A stretch of DNA of 62,163 nucleotides, counting the filler, from Basidiobolus ranarum (Eukaryota), in NCBI GenBank assembly GCA_040143965.1. It is 14 parts of 14 records of this genome, joined end to end, with 100 filler letters (N's around TTAATTAATTAA, not from the genome) between each part and the next. Parts side by side here need not be neighbours in the genome. Positions count along the whole stretch, not along the records: positions 53,389 to 57,726 come from JASJQH010002002.1; positions 57,827 to 62,163 come from JASJQH010002003.1; 12 more parts are not named here. The stretch is one strand, 5' to 3'. The notes under the pieces were generated by a model, which was given only the letters and a program-made list of their open reading frames with translations, was not told the DNA's origin and did no database searches. The translations under genes and the position numbers were made by a program. Within the stretch, counting starts at the first letter, position 1; each line of letters starts with the position of its first letter. Positions 53,389-62,163 of the stretch are shown here, one piece after another.

Positions 53389-53822
53389 GGGTCCATCCAA
53401 TTTTTCAGAAGAGGGAAAAGTTCTATAAATTTGAGAAGTAGACATTACAGAGAGTGCAAGCTTGGGGCTCATAGTGTGCTAAAGTACTTGGGAGCCTGTT
53501 GGAATTGGTTTGGAGTATTAGAGAAATTGTTGGTTTTGCTAATTGATTTATTGAGTCAAAAGTTGACATATTTAGTTTTGTCAAGATGTAAGCAAACTAA
53601 CATGTAGATTGTGTTAAGGAAGGTCCAGGAGAATATGAGCAAAGTTAGGGGCTTCCAGCACAAGTCTGAAAAATCTATATATCTGTAAGCCTCTAAGTAG
53701 GTAAAAATATTCCATGTAAACTCCAATTGAGAATAATGGATAATATCTTAGTGAATTATAAGATAACTTAGTACTAAGCTATATATGACTATATAGGTGC
53801 TTAGGTAATGCTAATTTCAACA
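53389..53822 (-). mobile_element. 5' end of a copia family A element: LTR (53477-53822), degenerate PBS and leader/gag start
   Basis: The reverse complement matches 29606-30225, including (c)TATGAGCCCCAAGCTTGCACTCTCTG. Confidence 0.82.
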
Positions 53823-53917
53823 TTATCCAGCACCCTCTTGCATGAGCAATTTTGACAACAATGACTGTGATATATCAATCCAGGGTTTGATAAAGCCTGG
53901 CACTATGGAACAAGTCC
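53823..53917. mobile_element. Half copy of the GGACTTGTTC MITE, interrupted by the LTR element
   Basis: The reverse complement aligns with 29881-29978 and ends GAACAAGTCC followed by AAT. Confidence 0.7.
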
Positions 53918-55109
53918 AATATGGAAAAGGAGATATTACTCTTCCCACTGTGGCTCAATGCATGTTAGTGAGGCAGCAAAATCTGGTCAGAATGTACGGA
54001 ATATTTAGCAAAGTATATAAGTGTGTACTATGATATTAATCCTGTTACAAATGAGATGTTTTTCAAAGACTTTTAGCCAATAATAAATGGGCAATGCAGT
54101 AGTGTAATAAATTGAATGAGCTGCAAATCAAATTTTCACCATCAGAAATAGGTTTTCAACTCAATTTATGATAGTATTCCTATGGCTTACCAGGATCAAG
54201 TGATATTTTTGGCAAATTTTCAGTGGTATTTCAGCTGGCATTTCTCATAGGGGTATATTTCATAAGGAATTAGGCAAAGACCTAATCTATTGCCAAATAT
54301 TCTCTTCTGGACTCTGTATACGTGCTTAGGCTATGCTTATTTCAACAGAAACTCCATTTAAAAGAGCTCCACAAGTTTCATGAAAACCCAGATTCAAAAT
54401 CCTTGTGCTTGGCCTTCTTGAAATTTGTTAAGTATTGTAAGGCACTCCAGATCATGTTTATATATGATGCTACTGGACTTTCTGTGCAAGGGCTCTCTGT
54501 TGATATTCAATCATTATAGATGTTCTTAGATGTATGGTAGAATTCTTATTGACCCAAACGCTATAAGATAACCGCTGGAAATACCTGATGATGACTTTTT
54601 GACCAACTATCTAGATATTACTATTAGCAGTCAGATATAACAGGTTCTAAAGTATACCTACAATCTATATCCTTTCAATCCAAGTAATTATTTGAGCCAT
54701 AGGGCATAAGAATAGGGAACCATGAAGGCAATGTTGCTGCTACAGCTCACCAGACACTACTAAGATCCGTAAAAGAGACTAAGACTTGTAGAAAAAGTGG
54801 TATTTACTCTATGAGAGTATGAATAATTGATACTATATACAAAGAACTTTTTACTATCAAGTAAAGGTGGAATTGGCAAGTATGCCACATGGATATAGAA
54901 ACTAGATCGAGTGTGGATTATCCCATAATGCATTAAGGCAAATATTGCATGATGAAAGGGACACCAAGAAACTTTGTCTATAAAAAGGAACATACCGGCT
55001 TATGTGATTCGAAGCAAGTATTTGTGGTTGGTGTTCATTGTTCACTACTATATCTCCTAATTAATTGAAACCAAACAATAAGGATCCTTCCGCCCAAATA
55101 GTGACCGAG

Positions 55110-56588
55110 AATGTTTGTACAGATCAAGTGTGTCCCTGAATGTCCGTGTAGAGTGATTGGATCTCCATAATAGTATTGTTGGGATGGGTTCACAGTTTAG
55201 TGCGATGTATGGAATCGTCAGGGAATCTCCAGATAAACTTACGCAATAGCATACTTAGTACCACTCTTTGTTCAATCATTAAGAAAGTCATACTGATACA
55301 ACGACGAACACCCCCGACGAAGGGCGACCAAGAAAATAGATCGCAACTCTTGTTATACAGAAACCTTTCAGGGTCGAACTTATAAGGATTCTTCCAAACA
55401 TTGGGGTTGTGGTGTAAACCGTACAGATGAATTCTTGTGTTAGTGCTGGTAGGTATTACATATTCTCTGAATCTTAGTGTCCTAGCAGTGCGACGAGGAG
55501 GGAGAACGGCAACCGGTGGGCAAAGTCGCATAGACTCTCGAATTACTGTTATGATAAATGGCATGTCATTTTGTTGTTGCTCGAAACTTGGGCAGATATC
55601 TTTACATTCATCACCTAATACCTTTGTTTCTCCACTTCGTCTCTTCCCCCTCCTAGATTCCTGGGTGAATACCAAGATAATATATGGCTACCGATAGTGC
55701 ATTGGCTGTGGTATCATGACTTGCAAGCAAAAATTCAACCACATCGTTTCGAATCTCTTCGGATGTTAAATAAAGTTTTTCTTCTTCGCTGGCTTGCAGC
55801 ATTAAAGTCCCCATTTCAGCCGTCTCTTGGTCTACATGTTTGCTGCACAAATTCTCTGCTTTCTCCTCGATGAGACCATAAATGAATCTATCAAACAGAG
55901 CGACCTTTTCAAACAGCATTTCTCGTCTAATAAATGGAATAGAATCCAAGATGGGGAACATGGAGTATAGAAGCTTATTAGCGCCAATCAGGAGCTCATT
56001 ATAAAGATCCACAAAGCTTCCATGCTGGTTTTCCGTTGCCTTGAATTCACAATCGAATATTACTTTTCCCGGTGCGTCTAGGGCCATTCGTGGCATAAAA
56101 TCTGTAACATTAACGCTCAGTCTATTCTCTTCAATCTGCTTGATGATTTTGGAAAATAACTCATCAAACGCCACGGTGGACCAACTTCGATGATATCCAG
56201 GATTGGCGATCCGTCTATGTCTTTTCCACTCCCGACCATTGGAGTTAAATATGTTAACTCGCATGAATCGAGCACTTCAACTTTCCGGGTATTCTTCGGC
56301 TAGAATACTTCTGGCGAAATCCTTGATATCCATCAGAATAGTCTTGACCCATTCAGGCTTGGTAACAAAGACTATCCATTTGCTAATGGTGAATTCTCTA
56401 GCGATACCATGTTTGTTCAGGATGTCCATTGCATATGTGTCGTAACGCTCGAATGCATCCATAGATGCCCTCAGGGTGCCCAACAGTGAGACAGTAGGGA
56501 TTCTTCGTAACAATACTGAGTATTTTAGCTTGACATAAGCCAGGTATTGATGAAGATATTTATACACACCCAAGACTTTGATTCTCAT
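55110..56588 (-). pseudogene. Intronless cytochrome P450, frameshifted (probable pseudogene); 3' boundary approximate
   Basis: Three consecutive ORFs: WKRHRRIANP, I-helix LASHDTTANAL, ESMR, PERF, FVGGVRRCIS. Frameshifts near 56270 and 55660. Confidence 0.8.
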
Positions 56589-57419
56589 GGCCCTACTCAA
56601 TGATTGCGGCGAAACCTTGCAGGAGAGTTTACGTAGTATTTCTGAGCATAGGACTCGTTGTGGATCAACTACAAAATAAAATTTGCATGAATCGTCAATG
56701 TCAGATAGATAGTCAAATGTATATTACTTGGATAAATTTCCGAGATTTTGCAGCGTCGTTTAGATCCAACTTGTTTCAAACTTACACTGATCAGCCTTGT
56801 TTAATGCTAGAATTTTTCTCCAAATACCTGTTTTATTCATATATGTTAAACCTACAGTATTCCACACGAACGAACCTAATAATAATCATATGCCTCATAT
56901 TACCAGCTCCGTTCTTGTATACATTATCAAAGGGGTGTTGATGACCTTGTGCTAAAACGTAATCATTTCTGTCACCGTATGATATTGTTATATACTGTAG
57001 GCGACCACACAGGAGATGGCATTGACTTCAAATGTCACTGAATATTGGAGGACCAATCACTATCTAACTATGCATACTTGGAGCACTCCAGCCGATTGTA
57101 GAATGGGCCAACCAGCCCGAAACCCTACGTCAGAACTAGTATGGTCATAAAGCTACGGTTTATCAATAGTTTATTACATTACAATCAACACTTGGGCAGT
57201 GCGAATATTTCACGTCTATCCTTAATACAAACTCTATTGCATAAAAAAGAAGGGGTTATTATCGTATAATAAACTAGGGCTTTAGTGAAGTGCTCAAACT
57301 ATACCAGGGATTTGCGCTTTATAGCACTAAGTGGTTAATAAAGGTATGCTGTAATATTGAAACGCTTATTGAAATACAGCTAAAATGCTGGAGGATGGAT
57401 TAGGATTATCCAGATGGCT

Positions 57420-57726
57420 TCATTTTTCTTTCAATTCAGTATCAAGTATAACTATTGGCTGGGATTCTCCTTCAAAGGAAAGAAGTGGCTTATCCATATT
57501 GCCGGGGACGGCATTGGTATATTGAGATGCTATAGGTGTGGGCTTATTATCGACCTGCGGATGCCCAATATCCCCAACATTGAATGATATCAACGGTTTG
57601 ATTTTTTGAGAACGTGGGTTTTTAAATGGAATCTCCCCCGGCTTTGAATCCAGCTGAAGTAATGGTTGGCCGGGGCTACGTCGAGATACAGTTGTGCGAG
57701 AGCGGGATAGTCCAGTTCGATGTTGC
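57420..57726 (-). CDS. C-terminal ~100 codons of an unidentified gene (truncated)
   Basis: Open frame from the contig edge, QHRTGLSRSRT...DTELKEK*, with repeated (K/Q)P(L/I)(L/I/V)x(F/L) motifs. Confidence 0.5.
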
Positions 57727-57826
57727 NNNNNNNNNNNNNNNNNNNNNNNNNNNNNNNNNNNNNNNNNNNNTTAATTAATTAANNNNNNNNNNNNNNNNNN
57801 NNNNNNNNNNNNNNNNNNNNNNNNNN
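57727..57826. other. Artificial contig linker
   Basis: N44-TTAATTAATTAA-N44. Confidence 0.98.
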
Positions 57827-57937
57827 TTGCACACATGTTCCTGGGGCCTTCCTTAACACATTCTACACGTTAGTTTGTTTACATCTTGACAAAACTATAA
57901 ATGTCAACTGAATACTCAATAAATCAACAAGTGAAAA
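57827..57937 (+). mobile_element. Partial LTR family A
   Basis: TTGCACACATGTTCCTGGG...TACATCTTGACAAAACTATAAATGTCAAC...AAATCAACAAGTGAAA. Confidence 0.75.
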
Positions 57938-59948
57938 TGCTTGCAAAAATGTACGTGTTAGTGATCTTCGTAGCCACTCTAAGCGTCATATCAGTTATTG
58001 TCGAGATAAAGTAGAGTTTAATGAATTACTTCAATTTCAGAAGTGTTCAATAAAAAATTTAAAAATAACCAATCATTTTTTAGTTGGTCACCAATACTTC
58101 TTTAGTAAGCCCCAAATTATTGTTTTAAAATCACTATTTAAATTTCTAAATTAACCAATATTTCCCAGCTTCACTGTATATATAACTGAATTGCAGTCAG
58201 CACGTGAAAGAACGTAGCGTAATTAATATTCGACCAAGTCCAATCATGTGATATTTTCTTTCATTTTCACAACAAAATAGGCATGTTAGGGCATAATATA
58301 ATGGATTATCCAACTCTCTTGTATTGTTGAATTATTATTCATGGTTCTCTCGTAGATGATAACTAAAGTGCCTACAGCGTTACCAAAGCAGCAATAACTT
58401 GCCATGATCCAAACTGAGATATCGACCCTCTTGAAACTAATCCAAGAGACTATTCCAATAGCGAGCAGCTCATTCACTGTCATTCACCTCACGAAAGGAC
58501 CACCAGTTTTGCCAATACTGTTGTAGATACGCGCTTAAGATCAGATTGAATAGATTAAGCACATTGGTACATCGATTTAATATATAGCATCAGCACAGTT
58601 GTCGTTGGGAAATGCGGCGAATTGCGCACACTGAGGCGGAATGGTGAGTCCCTATTTTAGAAACTTTGACATCTGCGCTCCCTATGACTCGCCACAAATC
58701 AACGGCAATGCGGATGAGATTATCCTTTAGTCAGGGGAGCCTAGCAAAGGGGTTTAGGCTTTTTCGACTTAAGATTGCGACGCATGTATCATGAATCATC
58801 AAGAGGCGACCGTGTTTCCTAAAGAGGAAAAAGTCACTTGTGATTTAGAAATCCTTCGGTTCTAGGTATAACCAATCTCTGACTCCTCACCCACACCTCA
58901 GACTCATCCTGTCCACACTGTGTCTTACAAGCACAAAATAGAACTTCCAATCAAAGCGATTTCATGGTCAGGAAGCATGCAGTGTACTCTTTCCTGTTAA
59001 GGATTATTCCGTACATTGAGCACATATGAATAGCTGAATCACAGAATCACTACATTGTTCTTTAAAATGATCCAAAATTGTTTGTAATTCACTTCTACTT
59101 CGTAATACTGAATGACCGGTCAAATGGTACAATTTCCAAAATAGTCTACCTTATGATGAATTACCTTCTTGTGGTTACCTAATTAGGGTAGTCAATCCGG
59201 AAGCTGTTTGGATACCCATTGGACCTGAGTTTCTATTCGAATCTTGCCTTCAACTTGGATAACAGGCATTGGCTGTCCAATACATGTCTCATATGGCTTC
59301 CTAATGTTCACAATATTTTGAAGATGCAACATCATGTTTCTCTGTCATTAGCTGCATCAAGTCTTATCATTCCTATGATATTATTCCCAAATGTAGCCTA
59401 GCATTTCCAGAGTCAGCGAGCTCCTGAGTCTTTCAATCCTAAACCCTAGCTAAATGCTTACTATATCATTGATCATTATACCAAGAGCTAGTTAAATGAA
59501 AGTGCAAACCAGTTATGTTTGCAACATTGGCTAGGATAGCGGGCGTTGGGGCATTGTGCCATTGTGGTGTGAACGTGTTTATATTACCAATACAATCGAG
59601 CGGTGGACAGAGTAAACTATTTTTGGAAATCATCAAAGCAATGGGACATTCATGTAAGACATCATCTGATCCAAATCCCCAAAATAGATTGAAAGACCCA
59701 AGAAGAGATCGATGTTTTTTCATGGAAATTGCTACATTTATGCATAACAGGTTCCCATGATAGGGCCGTTAAAACTATCCTATTCAACGGCTTTTGTCCA
59801 GGTTTTTCAACCAATAAGCTTCTATTGAATTGATTGTTTTAGTTCACCCCTTCATTCAACTCCCATAAAACGTACAATTTATCTCTTTGTCATCCACCAA
59901 ACGGTCCACTCACTTTGCATTTCCAACGATTCTACTACAGAAATTAGA

Positions 59949-60692
59949 ATGAGTGTCTTTAAACGTACCAAATCCATTTACTCAAGCCCTCTTCTTTCCC
60001 TTCCTGTCGATGCCCAAATTCTCATTTTTCAAAACTTAGACCCTTCTACCTTACTAAGTTTCATAAAGGTTTCTCCCAGTCTTTGGCAAGTAGCACACCG
60101 AGTACTTCAACAAAGCTTAGCGACAACACCACTTCGAGTTTCCCTGATATTTCACCAAGCCAACTCTTGGCGATTCTCAGCGGAATTTGAGTGTAAATCG
60201 TGCAATCTCAAAACAGCAGATTTATTATTCTATCCTTCACAAAGGGTATCTGTACGTTACTTTCATCACTCCAACAAAGAAGCGTTTATACCTTTTAAGG
60301 TAGGGAACCAAGAATTTCTTACACCCAACCTGACCAAAGAATCCAAGCGATACACGACAAGTATTACCGAAAATTCTCTTTCAGTTCAAGCCAAAACCTC
60401 TAAAAAACCTTCTTGGAAATTAACGTATACCGTGACGAAAAAAGCTTTCATTTCGTTTATACCGAAAATTTGTATAGGTGGACAGTGGTTAACTCCTCAA
60501 GAATTCATTTGTTCACCAGAGTACTTTTTTCAACAAAAGAGTACTTTGACAAAGATATTGCAATATCAACCGAAAGTCCTGCTTCAAAAGTTATGGAAGA
60601 AATCTTCTGGAAAAAGTTACGTCAAAGAAGTTGAAGGAATCCCATCTGAAGTATGTGCTCGTACTCGTGAACGTAGTATACGACAGTTATAA
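59949..60692 (+). CDS. Intronless F-box-like protein, 247 aa
   Basis: LLSLPVDAQILIFQNLDPSTLLSFIKVSPSLWQVA F-box pattern at the N-terminus of a clean ORF. Confidence 0.7.
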   Translation: MSVFKRTKSIYSSPLLSLPVDAQILIFQNLDPSTLLSFIKVSPSLWQVAHRVLQQSLATTPLRVSLIFHQANSWRFSAEFECKSCNLKTADLLFYPSQRVSVRYFHHSNKEAFIPFKVGNQEFLTPNLTKESKRYTTSITENSLSVQAKTSKKPSWKLTYTVTKKAFISFIPKICIGGQWLTPQEFICSPEYFFQQKSTLTKILQYQPKVLLQKLWKKSSGKSYVKEVEGIPSEVCARTRERSIRQL

Positions 60693-62163
60693 CTAATTCC
60701 TACGATAAAATCCAGCTATTGGACTTGTCTCTCCCGGTGACCAAGAGATAGCTACATGTACTTGTCCATAGTAATACCCTTAATTTAATCATTGTCACTT
60801 ACAGTAGAATATCTCTTAGTTGCTACCTGGTGATGTTCTTCCAAGTCTATCGAAATCCATCTCTTTCCCTTCTCCTCCCCTCCCCTCCACCGTTTTATTT
60901 CGATTGATTCGTCTAAACACTTTTGTATAGAATTACTTTGTTACCCTTCCTCTTTTCTCGTCTTTACTCGTGTATAGTAAAACATCAAGAAATTGCATTC
61001 ATTTCGTTGAAACAATATCTATTCATTAAAGATATCGAAATGTGCCGTTAATACTATTTTCCACTCCGCTCCCCTTTTACTATCATTGACCCATATGCAT
61101 ATGTTTAAAGTGCCTAATTTAGATGAAACATAATTAAACTTATTCCATTGGAATATTTTAGGAGTAATGGATGAGATTTGGTTAACAGAGATAAAGGTTT
61201 CTGTTTTTGAATATTCTTCCGCAAATTATGAATCTTATTTAGATATGAATGTAAAGAGATTTGATATCGGAATCTATTGAATATATATATGATACCTTCA
61301 TGGATTTGTATACTATAGTGGTCACGTTAAGGTTAGGTATCTATGGTTTTTATTTCTATGAAATATTGCATAGGATTGATAGATATAGACAGTAAAAGTG
61401 AAAGGAACCTTACCGTTTATTGTTATAGAGCTTGCGATGTTCGCCTAAAATCTAATCATGAAATATGGTCACTACCTTCACTCATCGCTAGTGATGGTAC
61501 ACGAACCTCTGAATCCTCACCAAAGTGAAAGTAATTATTATATGAATATTCCTTACCGAGAGAATCGATCCTGTTGTAAGTGAATGCGTAGCTGAGTTCG
61601 AGAGTAGAAATCTAATCAAATGGAGTGGAGTGAAATGATACGAAAGTTCGGGTATTGTCAAAGTGGTGATTTCGAGATCCACTTCTCATGATGTGCGAGT
61701 ATTTACTTGATGAAGCTTTCAAAACTATCTCCGAATGAGCAGCAAAGAAAATCTCGATGGTTGATGTGGATATGATACAATTGGTAGCAAAACATATAGA
61801 TCTGTCTCCACTCGCAGTTGAATGAGTGCGTAAGTAGTATGGTGTCGATAATCCTTTTATTATATTAGGTGTGTCTGTTGTGTTCGTACCGCAACGATTT
61901 GAAGGTGCTGAGTACGAAGCAACAGAGTTTGTTATTGAGCTGGTGATGATGGGTTCTTAGTTTTGGATTTTGTTGAGTTTTGGAAAATAAACTATTGGAG
62001 ATTGGTATTGCTTCTCTCTGGTTTTGGTTATTTCTTTTGTTTTTTTGGTTGCTTTTATGAGCATTTTTAATAGTGATTGTTTGTGCGCCTCAGAATTGAA
62101 AGACTGGAAGAATCGTGGTTGTTTCTACTGGTCCGATTAGAATTTTCGAAAGTTTGTTATAAA

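Overview
This is not a contiguous locus. It is 14 separate AT-rich contigs of about 4.34-4.36 kb, ordered by decreasing length and joined by identical 100-nt artificial linkers (N44-TTAATTAATTAA-N44), so adjacency across a linker carries no biological meaning. The DNA is eukaryotic, with short spliceosomal introns, and looks like an early-diverging fungus (inference). Genes found: a NiCoT nickel permease, a processive GT2 glycosyltransferase (partial), an FAD-linked D-2-hydroxyacid dehydrogenase (3' end), an atypical Rho GTPase, a BAR-PH-ArfGAP-ankyrin protein, RPS7, IDI1, a BTB protein (partial), two F-box proteins, a type I membrane protein, a kinesin, RPL25 and RPL20. Pseudogenes: two cytochrome P450s plus a fragment, eIF3g, and a Gly/Asn-rich repeat gene. 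There are many decayed, CpG-depleted Ty1/copia pieces, one LTR family (with a half-tRNA-iMet primer site) and MITEs. Most notable: (1) a textbook AT-AC minor-spliceosome (U12) intron inside the transmembrane-coding segment of the membrane-protein gene, plus two U12-like GT-AG introns in the ArfGAP gene; (2) consecutive 6-nt and 4-nt micro-exons right after the kinesin P-loop; (3) an intact Rho gene with a degenerate switch I and G3; (4) an RPL20-eIF3g(pseudo)-RPL25 microcluster.
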